Assembly: GCA_944391075.1 (NCBI GenBank)
Contig: CALXSG010000005.1
Location: 1-60,897, forward strand
Source of the DNA: an uncultured Rickettsiales bacterium
GTDB lineage: Bacteria > Pseudomonadota > Alphaproteobacteria > Rickettsiales > UBA1997
Length of the DNA: 60,897 bases
Direction of reading: 5' to 3'
Shown here: positions 1-10,162 of the stretch, piece by piece
How positions within the stretch are numbered: position 1 is the stretch's first letter
Layout of the letters: every line of letters starts with the position of its first letter
Notes under the pieces: model-generated
The model's input: only the letters and a program-made list of their open reading frames with translations
Database searches by the model: none
Told to the model about the DNA's origin: nothing
Program-made: the position numbers and the translations under genes

Positions 1-1
1 T

Positions 2-886
2 GACTTTATTGATAATGATTATATTGAACATTTAGTTAAAACAGCAGAAAAAGAAAATGCTGATATTGTGGTGAATACGAATATGTATAGCTGTAAAAAT
101 AAAAGGAAAAAAATACACGATTTAACTAGACAATTTAGAACAACACCAAAAGATGATTATAAAATATTAGCCAACAAATTTTTTCCATCTGTTTGCAACA
201 GACTTTTTAAACGAGAATTACAAATAGAATATAACATATTATTTCCTGATGGAATAAAATATCTTGAAGATGGCTATTTTAATGTTTTATATTTTTCAGT
301 ATCAAATAATGTATCTTTTATTTCTCCAAATTCTTATTATTATAGAGTTATAGAAAATAGCAACTCAGTTATGTCAAATTTAAAACAATTATCAACAATA
401 AGAGATATGTTATTCGTACTCAAGAATGAATATAAATTTTTAAAAGAAAATAATATACTTGATAAAGGCTATTTTACAGATTTGGCAGGAATCGAAAAAG
501 TATTTTTTGACAAGGTATATATTAATGACAATAAATTAGATAATAAAACAATAGAATTATTACAAAAATATTATTTGGAAATAAGAAAATTAATCTTAAC
601 AATTCAGTGCGATCTTTTAAATAATAATTTATTATATACAAATCAAGAAAAAATGGTTTTAAAAAGTTTGAATAAATTTAAAAATTATAATGATTATAAA
701 GAATATTACAATAAAAAAGTTTTAGTAACTAACTCAGTAATAGTTTTCTTAACCACTATTTTAATAGTATTGGTATTATATGCGTTTTATATATTATACA
801 AAGTATATATAGATGTAAAGAAATATAAAATTTTTAAGAAAAAAATTAATAAAACTACTAAAATTCTTAAAAACCTTGATAATTAA
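2..886 (+). CDS. Family 2 glycosyltransferase paralog, 5' end cut by the window edge (C-terminal part with TM anchor)
   Basis: The frame is open from nt 2. Nt 1-78 are near-identical to 1311-1388 inside the next gene (DFIDNDYIEHLVKTAEKENADIVVNT). The FPS.(C/W)NRLFKRELQ..YNILFP block is shared, and there is a hydrophobic C-terminal segment. Confidence 0.6.
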   Translation, partial: DFIDNDYIEHLVKTAEKENADIVVNTNMYSCKNKRKKIHDLTRQFRTTPKDDYKILANKFFPSVCNRLFKRELQIEYNILFPDGIKYLEDGYFNVLYFSVSNNVSFISPNSYYYRVIENSNSVMSNLKQLSTIRDMLFVLKNEYKFLKENNILDKGYFTDLAGIEKVFFDKVYINDNKLDNKTIELLQKYYLEIRKLILTIQCDLLNNNLLYTNQEKMVLKSLNKFKNYNDYKEYYNKKVLVTNSVIVFLTTILIVLVLYAFYILYKVYIDVKKYKIFKKKINKTTKILKNLDN

Positions 887-930
887 TTCTTATATCTATA
901 TACTATCAATAGTATATATAAAATAGCCTT

Positions 931-2163
931 ATGAAGAAACTATTATCTTATATTACAATATTGTTTTGTATTTTATTTAATTCTACTTTTGCAGAAGAAA
1001 TAAAAGAAGAAACAGTAATAATAAAAAATAATGAACCATTAGTATCAGTTATTATGCCTGTATATAATGCAGAAAACTTTTTAGATAAAAGTGTTTCTTC
1101 TGTTATTAATCAAACATATAAAAATTTAGAAATATTATTAATAGATGATTGTAGTACTGATAATTCATATAATATACTTAAAGAATATGCTAATAAAGAT
1201 AATAGAATAAAATTATTTCATAATGAACAAAATAAACATGTTTCAGCTACTAGAAATGTTGGTATTAAAAATGCAACAGGAAAATATTTATATTTTATAG
1301 ATTCTGATGATTTTATTGATAATGATTATATTGAACATTTAGTTAAAACAGCAGAAAAAGAAAATGCTGATATTGTGGTGAATACAAATATATATGATTT
1401 TCATAAAAATCAAAAAACATTAAGTTTTTTCTCAAGGGAATTTAACAGGAGAATTTTTGATGATAAAAAAGTACTTGCTATTAAAATTTTTCCATCAGTT
1501 TGGAATAGACTTTTTAAACGGGAACTGCAAACAAAATACAATATATTATTTCCAACAGATATAAAAATAGGAGAAGATGCATCATTTAATATATTATTTT
1601 TTTCTAAATCTAATAACATTGCTTTTATTTCACCAAATAGTTTTTACTATTATAATAAGAATAATAAAAATTCTATTGCAACGACAGTAAATTATAATTT
1701 ATATTTTAACAATACTCTATTAATAATAATAAATATAAATAAATATTTAAAAGAAAATAATTTACTAAATAAAGTAGCAAATTTTAATTTTATAGATTTT
1801 AAAACAATGTTATTTTCAAATCTTTTTAATAATAAAATATATATAAATGAAAAGAGAAAAAACTATCAAGAATTAAGAAATTTTATATTGAGTATTAAAG
1901 ATGATATTTTTAAACATAAAAATATGTATTTAGAAAATGAAATAGATTTTATAAATAATATAATAAAATATCAAACATACGATGAATTAAAAAGTTATTA
2001 TACAAAAGTCCATATCACGTTATTATTGCTTATAATATTTACAAGTTTAATTTTATTAATATTTATTATTTTGATATTATATATCTTCCATCAAGTATAT
2101 AAAGATTTTAAAAAAGGAATTAATCCATTTAAAGTAAGAAAGAATAATAGAAAAGATAGCTAA
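931..2163 (+). CDS. Family 2 glycosyltransferase with N-terminal signal/anchor and C-terminal TM segment
   Basis: VSVIMPVYNAENFL...QTYKNLEILLIDDCSTDNS and YFIDSDD (DxD) motifs typical of GT2; hydrophobic ends. Confidence 0.85.
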   Translation: MKKLLSYITILFCILFNSTFAEEIKEETVIIKNNEPLVSVIMPVYNAENFLDKSVSSVINQTYKNLEILLIDDCSTDNSYNILKEYANKDNRIKLFHNEQNKHVSATRNVGIKNATGKYLYFIDSDDFIDNDYIEHLVKTAEKENADIVVNTNIYDFHKNQKTLSFFSREFNRRIFDDKKVLAIKIFPSVWNRLFKRELQTKYNILFPTDIKIGEDASFNILFFSKSNNIAFISPNSFYYYNKNNKNSIATTVNYNLYFNNTLLIIININKYLKENNLLNKVANFNFIDFKTMLFSNLFNNKIYINEKRKNYQELRNFILSIKDDIFKHKNMYLENEIDFINNIIKYQTYDELKSYYTKVHITLLLLIIFTSLILLIFIILILYIFHQVYKDFKKGINPFKVRKNNRKDS

Positions 2164-2205
2164 AAAGCTATCTTAATTTTATTTGTAAATAATAATATTA
2201 ACGTA

Positions 2206-2802
2206 TTACATAAACATATTTCCATCTAGTGATGTAGCAACTAAACCACTTTTTAAAACTTCAATATCATCTGTTAAGTTTTCTAATCTTTCCATTAATT
2301 CATTATTTTTTTCTTCTTCATTTATAAATTGGAAGATAATAATGTCGTTTCTGTATAAAATTGTGCTACCATTATAATCACTAACTAAATCCATAATTCT
2401 AGAAATTTGTGGGTTGTCTTCTTTAACTTTAACTAAAATAAGTTCTCTTTCTATATAATTATTAGCTTGAAAATTTGAAGCACTAACAACAACATCAAGT
2501 TTTCTTAAACCATCAAGTAAAGAATTTATCCTTTGTCTATCACCTGTAATATATAAAATAACTCTGTGTTGTAAATTATTTAATTTAAAGTTAGAAAGAA
2601 CAAGTCTTTCAATATTCATATTGTTAGCTGCACAATAACCTGTAACTTTTGTTAAACTACCTTTAACATTATTAATTACAACAGATAACAAACTCTTTTC
2701 ATCTTCATTAATAGGTCTTGAAGTTGGTTCAGCTTCATCATTGTTATTATGAACTAAATCATCTGCTTTTGGTAAAGTTACATCATTAAAAATATTTTCC
2801 AT
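2206..2802 (-). CDS. ACT-domain protein resembling the acetolactate synthase small (regulatory) subunit
   Basis: LLSVVINNVKGSLTKVTGYCAANNMNIERLVLS....HRVILYITGD resembles the IlvH/IlvN ACT-domain pattern. No ilv genes are nearby. Confidence 0.4.
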   Translation of the reverse strand: MENIFNDVTLPKADDLVHNNNDEAEPTSRPINEDEKSLLSVVINNVKGSLTKVTGYCAANNMNIERLVLSNFKLNNLQHRVILYITGDRQRINSLLDGLRKLDVVVSASNFQANNYIERELILVKVKEDNPQISRIMDLVSDYNGSTILYRNDIIIFQFINEEEKNNELMERLENLTDDIEVLKSGLVATSLDGNMFM

Positions 2803-2925
2803 TTACATCTATCTTTATGAAATCATATTCACATAATACTTATTATTTTTAAAAAATCAATATAAATTATATTGACAATTTTATAAATCACTATATAACT
2901 AATATAGTTAACTTTTTTTAATAAA

Positions 2926-3051
2926 ATGTATAAAAAAACAATATTAATATTATTTTTATTATTAAGTGCTTGCATGTCATTTAAAGAAAATAATGAATTA
3001 GCTATACCACCTATTGCCATAGAAGAAATCACAACAACAAATAATCAATAA
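2926..3051 (+). CDS. Small putative lipoprotein (41 aa), not in the ORF track
   Basis: MYKKTILILFLLLSAC has a signal peptide plus lipobox (LLSAC). The stop lies 1 nt before the ATG of the next gene. Confidence 0.4.
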   Translation: MYKKTILILFLLLSACMSFKENNELAIPPIAIEEITTTNNQ

Positions 3052-3052
3052 A

Positions 3053-3784
3053 ATGAAACAAATTATAGAAATTACACCAAGTATATTTTATTATATTCAA
3101 TATTTATTGATTGAGTCAGGTAATGATTCGGATAATTCAAGTTTTGCTGAAATTCACGATAGGTTATATTCACCTAAAATTTTTACTCCGGAAGAGTTTG
3201 CTGAAGAAATTTTTTACGTAATTTGTGTAGCTGGTTTTAAACAAGAAACAGCTAAAAAAATGTGTAATAAAGTTAAAGATTATATTAAAGAAAACCCTAA
3301 CCCAGATTTTAATGATATGATTAAAATTTATGGCAATGTAAATAAAGTCAAAGCTATTATTAAGGTATGGAACGAAAGAAAAGAACTACACAAACAATTT
3401 TATTCTTTATCAACACCAGAAGAAAAATTAGACTTTTTAGCAAAATTACCACATATAGGAAACATTACAAAATATCATATAGCTAGAAATTTAGGAATTA
3501 ATTTTGTAAAATATGACATATGGATTCAAAGATTAGGTGTTGCTTTATATGGAACTGATGATTATGTTAACAAAATTAGTAATAGCAAACTTAACCCAAA
3601 AATTAAAGAAATGTGTGATCAAATGTTCTCAAAACTTGAAGCACAAATAAATGAAAAAACTGGTTATATAGATGTTGTATTATGGAAAGCTTGCCAACAA
3701 GGTGTTCTTGTTATTGATGGCAGAAAAGTATTTTTTAACCCTGACAAATTTAATCTTCAAAAAACATCACCAGATTTTACATAA
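3053..3784 (+). CDS. Hypothetical protein with a helix-hairpin-helix (HhH-GPD glycosylase-like) segment
   Basis: LPHIGNITKYHIARNLGINFVKYDIWIQRLG resembles the HhH motif of EndoIII/AlkA-type glycosylases. The rest is unassigned. Confidence 0.35.
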   Translation: MKQIIEITPSIFYYIQYLLIESGNDSDNSSFAEIHDRLYSPKIFTPEEFAEEIFYVICVAGFKQETAKKMCNKVKDYIKENPNPDFNDMIKIYGNVNKVKAIIKVWNERKELHKQFYSLSTPEEKLDFLAKLPHIGNITKYHIARNLGINFVKYDIWIQRLGVALYGTDDYVNKISNSKLNPKIKEMCDQMFSKLEAQINEKTGYIDVVLWKACQQGVLVIDGRKVFFNPDKFNLQKTSPDFT

Positions 3785-4464
3785 TTATAAGTACCATCTT
3801 GTAATTTCATAACCAATGTTCCATCTTTATCTAAATTCTCAAATATTCCTTTTACACCATCAACTTCAATCTCTTGCTGAAATTTATAACAACCTTTTAA
3901 CCATTTTACTCTAATTGATGAAAAGCCAACCTTTTCCCATTCATTTAATAAAAAGCTAAAATTACTCAAAAATTCTTTTAATAAATCATATCTACTTACA
4001 ATTATACCTTCATCTTTTAAAGATGTAGCTTTAAAATTCGTATTTTCTGGAAAATTATTAATATTTGTCCCTGGTCCTATGATTACTTTATTATCATCAA
4101 ATTCAAGCAAAATACCAACAACTTTTTTATCATTTACTAGAACATCATTAGGCCATTTGCAAACAACAGAATTATTTTTAGTATCAAAATTTTTAATAGC
4201 ATATCTCATTGCTACACTAGTTATAAAAGAAACTTGGCTATAATCTAAACCCTTTTTATTGGCATCAATCATTAATGAAAAATATAAATTATCATTATTT
4301 TCACTATGCCATATTCTGTTTCCTTTGCCTTTGCCTGCTGTTTGCTTTTTAGAAATAACAACTGTATTTACTTTAAATTGCTTTACAACATTCATTGTAG
4401 AATCAACTTCATCATATTCAATTATATCATAATTCAAGTATTTTTCTTGATTAATTATATTCAT
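3757..4464 (-). CDS. birA: Biotin--[acetyl-CoA-carboxylase] ligase
   Basis: QTAGKGKGNRIWHS (GRGRxGRxW-type motif) and KWPNDVLVNDKKVVGILLE. Confidence 0.85.
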   Translation of the reverse strand: MNIINQEKYLNYDIIEYDEVDSTMNVVKQFKVNTVVISKKQTAGKGKGNRIWHSENNDNLYFSLMIDANKKGLDYSQVSFITSVAMRYAIKNFDTKNNSVVCKWPNDVLVNDKKVVGILLEFDDNKVIIGPGTNINNFPENTNFKATSLKDEGIIVSRYDLLKEFLSNFSFLLNEWEKVGFSSIRVKWLKGCYKFQQEIEVDGVKGIFENLDKDGTLVMKLQDGTYNYVKSGDVF

Positions 4465-5434
4465 TTTTAATGCCTAATTTATTAAGTGTTTTTTTAAATT
4501 CTTGTGATAATGGAGCTTTTATTTCTAAATCTTTATCAAAGAAATTTTTTATTTTAATATAATAAGCATGTAAATGCATATCATTACTTAAACCATCAAT
4601 AAAAGCTTTTTTTGAACCATATTTGCCATCACCCAAAATAGGATGACCTATTTCTTTCATATGTACTCTAATTTGATGAGTCCTGCCAGTAAGTAATTTT
4701 ACTTCAACTAAACTCACATTGTATTTTGTTGAATAACCTATAACTTTATATAATGTAATAGCATTTTTACCTTCTTTTTCGTCTTTGTAAACTTTTTCAA
4801 CTCCATTTTCAACCTTTTTTAATAATGGAATATTAATTTCCCCTTGATCTTTTGAAAATTTACCAATAACTAATGCTAAATAAATTTTGTCAATATTTTG
4901 ATCTTTGTTTTTAAAATAGTTTGATAATAAATCAGCTGATTCTCTATTTTTTGCTAAAATCAATATACCACTAGTATCTTTATCTAATCTATGAACTAAT
5001 TTAGGAATTTCGCCATTATTATCTTTTAAATATTTTAAATAGTCATTTACACTTTTTTCTATTTTTGTACCACTTTGCACAGCCAAACCCTTAGGTTTAT
5101 TGATTGCAAAAACATTATTATCTTCATAAATTATATATTTTTTAAATTTTTCTAACTCATCATTAGAAATACTAATTTCTTTTTTTTCTTTTTCATTTTT
5201 GGGTTTTGAATTAAAAATTTTAATTATAAAATCAGTTAGACATACATTATCATTTACCTTTAAATGATAATTATTCTGCACAACCCGCATATTTACTAGA
5301 ATATCTTTATTTCTTAACGCTTTTTGAATTAAAACATTATTTGTATTTCTAAAAATACTCTGTAAAAATTTATCTAATCTTAAACCTGAATATTTATTTT
5401 CAATAGTAATAATCTTATATTTATCGTTTTTCAT
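4451..5434 (-). CDS. RluA-family 23S rRNA pseudouridine synthase (RluC/RluD type, with S4-like N-terminus)
   Basis: HRLDKDTSGILILAKN catalytic Asp motif and LLTGRTHQIRVHM. Confidence 0.9.
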   Translation of the reverse strand: MKNDKYKIITIENKYSGLRLDKFLQSIFRNTNNVLIQKALRNKDILVNMRVVQNNYHLKVNDNVCLTDFIIKIFNSKPKNEKEKKEISISNDELEKFKKYIIYEDNNVFAINKPKGLAVQSGTKIEKSVNDYLKYLKDNNGEIPKLVHRLDKDTSGILILAKNRESADLLSNYFKNKDQNIDKIYLALVIGKFSKDQGEINIPLLKKVENGVEKVYKDEKEGKNAITLYKVIGYSTKYNVSLVEVKLLTGRTHQIRVHMKEIGHPILGDGKYGSKKAFIDGLSNDMHLHAYYIKIKNFFDKDLEIKAPLSQEFKKTLNKLGIKNEYN

Positions 5435-6077
5435 TTTTATAAGCTATTTCTAACATTTCTACACGTTTTTCTAAGGATCTTAAATCTTTTTTAATTCTCT
5501 CTATTGAATACAAAACTTCAACATCATTTCTATTTACATTAACAACACCCTTCCACATCATAGTAATAATTGTTGCTAAGCAAACTATACCAACAGATAA
5601 TGAAATAACCATCCATTTTGCAAGATCAAAATTAGCTTCTAATTCTTCGGTAAATGTTTTTAAATTATTAAGTTCTTTTTCTACATCAATAAATTTATTG
5701 TCAGTGCTTTTTGTGTGGTTATTTATGTAACTTTCATATTTATCAAATTCATATTGCGCCTTATTTAGAGTTGTTGTAACTCTTTTTCTTAATTCAGGCG
5801 AAACATTTTCATCACCTATAACATCCAAAACATTAATTACCTTTATATTTTTATCAACACCATTCTTTGTACTAATATCAAAATCTTCTTGTATGTTTTT
5901 TATATTTGAATCACTACTTTTTGAAGCCATATCCACTTTTATTTCAGCATCTTCAACATTTGTAGCAATAACAATGTTTTTATTTACAGTATTCACTGTT
6001 TGTTTTTGTTGTTCCGTAGCAATTGATAAACTAGAATACACAACAAGAGATAATAACAATATATTAAATTTTTTCAT
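5421..6077 (-). CDS. Hypothetical secreted/membrane-anchored protein
   Basis: N-terminal signal peptide, one C-proximal TM segment, 14-nt overlap with the downstream rlu gene. Confidence 0.45.
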   Translation of the reverse strand: MKKFNILLLSLVVYSSLSIATEQQKQTVNTVNKNIVIATNVEDAEIKVDMASKSSDSNIKNIQEDFDISTKNGVDKNIKVINVLDVIGDENVSPELRKRVTTTLNKAQYEFDKYESYINNHTKSTDNKFIDVEKELNNLKTFTEELEANFDLAKWMVISLSVGIVCLATIITMMWKGVVNVNRNDVEVLYSIERIKKDLRSLEKRVEMLEIAYKNEKR

Positions 6078-6169
6078 TGTAGAAACTATATTTGATACTA
6101 GTATTATTTAAATAAATTTTTTTTAATATTCAAGCTTTATTTTATGTATAATATTTTTGTATAAAAATG

Positions 6170-6198
6170 TTGCAAAATAAAAAATAATAAGTTATACT
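6170..6198 (+). promoter_or_regulatory. Sigma70-type promoter upstream of the VirB2-like gene
   Basis: TTGCAA (6170-6175), 17-nt spacer, TATACT (6193-6198). Confidence 0.5.
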
Positions 6199-6229
6199 CT
6201 TAATTGTATTAATTAATATGAGTTAAATT

Positions 6230-6565
6230 ATGTTAAAAAAATTATTTTTAATTACTTTGTTTACTGCATTGATGATTGGCGCTTCTTATGCTACAGTAAC
6301 TGGTGATGGCGATAAGACTAAAGATGCAATGACAGTTATTTTATGTAATGTTTATGCCTTTATAACAGGTGGTATTGGTAAGACTATTTGTTCATTCGTT
6401 ATCATTGGTGTTGGTATTGGTTTCTTCACAGGAAAAGTTTCTTGGGGTACATTAATTGGTGTCGCATTAGGTATTGCTTCATTATTTGGTGGACCTTCAA
6501 TTATGGCTGCTGTTACAGGTACAACCGATACACCTTGTAAGGGTTGGACAGCAACAACTCTATAA
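6230..6565 (+). CDS. TrbC/VirB2-like type IV secretion pilin, stand-alone
   Basis: 111 aa with a signal peptide and two Gly/Ile-rich hydrophobic helices (ITGGIGKTICSFVIIGVGIGFF... GVALGIASLFGG), as in VirB2 family members. Confidence 0.55.
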   Translation: MLKKLFLITLFTALMIGASYATVTGDGDKTKDAMTVILCNVYAFITGGIGKTICSFVIIGVGIGFFTGKVSWGTLIGVALGIASLFGGPSIMAAVTGTTDTPCKGWTATTL

Positions 6566-6605
6566 AATATAAAATAAATTATTTTATGTATTGATATAAA
6601 TTATG

Positions 6606-6629
6606 ACCTCATTTTTTAATGAGGTTTTT
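6606..6629 (+). terminator. Rho-independent terminator after the VirB2-like gene
   Basis: ACCTCATT-tttt-AATGAGGT followed by TTTT. Confidence 0.7.
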
Positions 6630-6712
6630 ATTTATAGAATTGTAAATATATATATTTTTGATATAATATTTTACTATAATATTATAATTAATCAGGTATA
6701 AAAATAAATATA

Positions 6713-7210
6713 CTAAAATTTAACAATCTTTTTAGTATCAAAACCCATATCATTAATTTTGTTAATTAACTCGTTATATACTTCATTAGACATTTTGGAA
6801 TCTTTACTTAAAATCCATAAATAGTCATAATTACCACCAGCAACCACAGCATATTCATAATTTTCATCTAATAATATTATGTTATAGTATGCATAGAATG
6901 GTCTAAAAAATGATACTTTTAATTGTCCTATTCCATCTTCTAATAAATAAGCTACTCCTTCAATAGATTTGTCTTCATTTTTCTTAGTATTATAACCACT
7001 ATTAATAACTTTAACTTTGCCATTATCCATTAAACTATAATTAGCTTTTACATTTATTAAATCCTTTTCAAATTTATTATCAATTCTAGCAATTTCATAC
7101 CAAGTGCCTAAATATTTATTAATTTCAAAATTTTTAACAACAAAATTTTGCGGAATTTCGTTTTTAGCGCATGCGCAAACGAAAAATAATATAAATAAAA
7201 AATTTTTCAT
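6713..7210 (-). CDS. blc: Bacterial lipocalin (outer-membrane lipoprotein Blc)
   Basis: Lipobox FFVCAC and the lipocalin signature YLGTWYEIARIDNKFEK. Confidence 0.85.
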   Translation of the reverse strand: MKNFLFILFFVCACAKNEIPQNFVVKNFEINKYLGTWYEIARIDNKFEKDLINVKANYSLMDNGKVKVINSGYNTKKNEDKSIEGVAYLLEDGIGQLKVSFFRPFYAYYNIILLDENYEYAVVAGGNYDYLWILSKDSKMSNEVYNELINKINDMGFDTKKIVKF

Positions 7211-7312
7211 ATGTAAACTTATAGTTGAACTACAATAACCATAACAATCTTTTTTAATTTATCAAGCCATATTATAAGGAAAATGACGTTAATTTAATTA
7301 ACGCCACAAATA

Positions 7313-9958
7313 TTATAACCAATTTTTATATTTTTTAATGTAAATTATTTTTATAACTTGTACTAATAAAATATATAAAACTAGTAAAGCAAATAACCAA
7401 CCATAATATATTGCAGGCAAGCCTGTTAAATCTAAATAATTTCCAATTTTTAAATATGGTAATATCATAGTAATTAGCATTGCCATACTTGTTGAGAAAA
7501 ACACATATACGGATGGGTTGCTGTGAATAAATGGAGTTTTTGCTGTTCTTATGAAATAAATAATTATTGTTTGTGTAATCATACTAGCAACAAACCAACC
7601 ACTTTGAAATAATGATACATTGCTTGCTATATCAGGATTATTCCAACCTAATAAATTAAACATTATTAAGAATAACAATATATCACATATAGAACTTGTT
7701 GGTCCAACCCATAACATGAAACTCATTATAGATTTAGTGTCCCATTTCCTTTGTGTTTTAATATAATCTTCATCTATATTATCCCAAGGAATAGTCATTT
7801 GTGAAATATCATAAAATATATTTAACAATAAAATTTGCACTGGCAACATTGGCAAGAATGGCAAAAATGCAGATACAAATAAAATACTAAACATATTTCC
7901 AAAATTAGAAGAAATAGTCATTTTAATATATTTTATAATATTACAGAAAATTTTTCTTCCTTCAATAACACCATTTACTAAAACATTTAAATCTTTTTTT
8001 AGTAAAATAATATCAGCACTTTCTTTTGCAATATCAACTGCTGTATCAACAGATATTGCAACATCAGCTTCTTTCATTGCAGGAGCATCATTTATACCAT
8101 CACCCATAAAACCAACAGTATGTCCATCATCTTTAAGAATTTTGATAATTCTTAATTTTTGTTGTGGTGATAATTTTGCGAAAATATCAACTTTTTCAAC
8201 AATAGTTTTTAATTCTTTATCACTCAATTCATCAATTTCAGCTCCTGTAATTACATCGTTATGATTTTCTATGCCAACAGCTTTACATACATGTTTAGCT
8301 ATAATTTCACTATCACCTGTTAGAACCTTTACTCTAACATTATATTCTTTTAAAGCTTTAATAGCGGACTTAGCCGATTGTTTAGCGGGATCTAAAAAAC
8401 TCAAATAACCCATTAAAACCATATCTTTTTCAATATCTTTTGTTATAGTTTTAGATATATCTATGTTATTTTTTTGAGCCAATGCTAAAACTCTCATACC
8501 TTCTGCATTTAATTTCAAAGCTGTTTCTTCTGCTTTTTTCTTCATTTCATCAGTTAATTCAACAACTTTTCCATCATATTCAACCCATTTACAAACTTGC
8601 AACATTTCTGTTAATGCACCTTTTGTAATTAATTGCACTTTACCACTTTTATCTTCCAATAATACGGACATTCTCCTTCTCATAAAATCAAAAGGCAATT
8701 CATCAATTTTTTTATATTCAAAATTTAAAGAATAAAAATTATTTTCCATTGCTTTATCTATTATAGCAATATCAAGTAAATTTTTTAAACCTGTTTGAAA
8801 ATTACTATTCAAGTATGCATGCCTTAATACTCTTAAATCTTCCTTTCCCTCTATATTTAAGTGATATTGCAATACAACAGCATTTTCAGTCAAAGTTCCT
8901 GTTTTATCAGAGCAAAGTATATCCATTGCACCGAAATTTTGAATTGAATTAAGATTTTTCACAATAGTTCTTTTTGCTGACATACCAACAGCCCCTTTTG
9001 CAAGATTAGCAGAAATTATTACTGGCAACATTTCAGGAGTTAAACCCACAGCAATAGATATTGCAAATAAAAATGCTTCAAGCCAACTATTTTTAGTATA
9101 ACCATTAATTATAAATACTAAAATAACCATCACAATCATAAATCTAATTAAAAACCAACTAACACTTGAAACACCTTTATCAAAACTAGTTTTAGCCTTT
9201 GATTTTGTAATCAATTTAGCCATGGAGCCAAAATAAGTATTTGTTCCAATATTTACAACAATAGCTACACCTGTTCCACTAACAACATTTGTTCCCATAA
9301 AACAAAGATTTTCAATATCAAGTGGACTTTTAGGCATATTTTTTATTCTTTCTTCACTTAAATTAGCAATTTTCTCCAATGGTTCAGATTCACCAGTTAA
9401 AGAAGATTGTGAAATAAACAAATCTTTTGCTTCTAATATTCTTAAATCAGCAGGAATTATATCGCCAGCAGATAAAAATAAAATATCACCTTTTATAATT
9501 TCATTAATAGGAATTTCTTTTTTTCGTCCATCCCTTAAAACAGTAGCGGTTGTACTAATCATTGATTTTAATTTCTCGCTAGCATTATTAGATTTTTCTT
9601 CTTGAATAAATTTAATAATACCACTCAAAATTACTAAAAATAATATAGTAAAGCCAGCAGTAATATCTTTTGTCAAAAAAGATATAACAGATAAAACAAT
9701 TAAAACTATACTAAAAGGATTAAAAAACGACTCTAAAAGCCCTATGTACCATTTATGGACTTCACCATGCGCAACTTCATTAAAGCCATATTCATCTTGC
9801 CAGTCTTCAACATAATCAGTTGAAAAACCCTTTTTGATATCATTTTTTAATTCTTTTAATATATTTGATTGATTTAATTTTGAATAAGAAATAAGTTCTT
9901 TCTTGATATTGCTTTCAACAGCATTTTTTTGAATTTTTTTAATCATCTTGTACCTCAC
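7313..9958 (-). CDS. mgtA: P-type ATPase, Mg2+-importing (MgtA-like)
   Basis: TGESEP, CSDKTGTLTEN phosphorylation site and GDGINDAPAMKEADV. The length and 10-TM layout fit type IIIB. The substrate assignment is less certain than the family. Confidence 0.7.
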   Translation of the reverse strand: MRYKMIKKIQKNAVESNIKKELISYSKLNQSNILKELKNDIKKGFSTDYVEDWQDEYGFNEVAHGEVHKWYIGLLESFFNPFSIVLIVLSVISFLTKDITAGFTILFLVILSGIIKFIQEEKSNNASEKLKSMISTTATVLRDGRKKEIPINEIIKGDILFLSAGDIIPADLRILEAKDLFISQSSLTGESEPLEKIANLSEERIKNMPKSPLDIENLCFMGTNVVSGTGVAIVVNIGTNTYFGSMAKLITKSKAKTSFDKGVSSVSWFLIRFMIVMVILVFIINGYTKNSWLEAFLFAISIAVGLTPEMLPVIISANLAKGAVGMSAKRTIVKNLNSIQNFGAMDILCSDKTGTLTENAVVLQYHLNIEGKEDLRVLRHAYLNSNFQTGLKNLLDIAIIDKAMENNFYSLNFEYKKIDELPFDFMRRRMSVLLEDKSGKVQLITKGALTEMLQVCKWVEYDGKVVELTDEMKKKAEETALKLNAEGMRVLALAQKNNIDISKTITKDIEKDMVLMGYLSFLDPAKQSAKSAIKALKEYNVRVKVLTGDSEIIAKHVCKAVGIENHNDVITGAEIDELSDKELKTIVEKVDIFAKLSPQQKLRIIKILKDDGHTVGFMGDGINDAPAMKEADVAISVDTAVDIAKESADIILLKKDLNVLVNGVIEGRKIFCNIIKYIKMTISSNFGNMFSILFVSAFLPFLPMLPVQILLLNIFYDISQMTIPWDNIDEDYIKTQRKWDTKSIMSFMLWVGPTSSICDILLFLIMFNLLGWNNPDIASNVSLFQSGWFVASMITQTIIIYFIRTAKTPFIHSNPSVYVFFSTSMAMLITMILPYLKIGNYLDLTGLPAIYYGWLFALLVLYILLVQVIKIIYIKKYKNWL

Positions 9959-10162
9959 TACTTTAAATTAATAAAATTTTATTATCCCATAATATTTAAA
10001 AATTTATTGATAAAATAATTAAGACGAACTTATGAATATAAGTCCTGGCAAATTTTAAAAATTATTTCTTAAAAGTCTATAAAAATCGACAAATTTTAAA
10101 GTAAGAGTGTATAACTAACTCAATTTAAATATTAAAAATATTACAAAAAAAGTAGTAAAAAA

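Noticed and set aside
9959-10162. A possible Mg2+-sensing leader or riboswitch upstream of the mgtA-like gene.
   Set aside because: No conserved M-box-like or leader-peptide feature could be recognised by eye in this AT-rich spacer.
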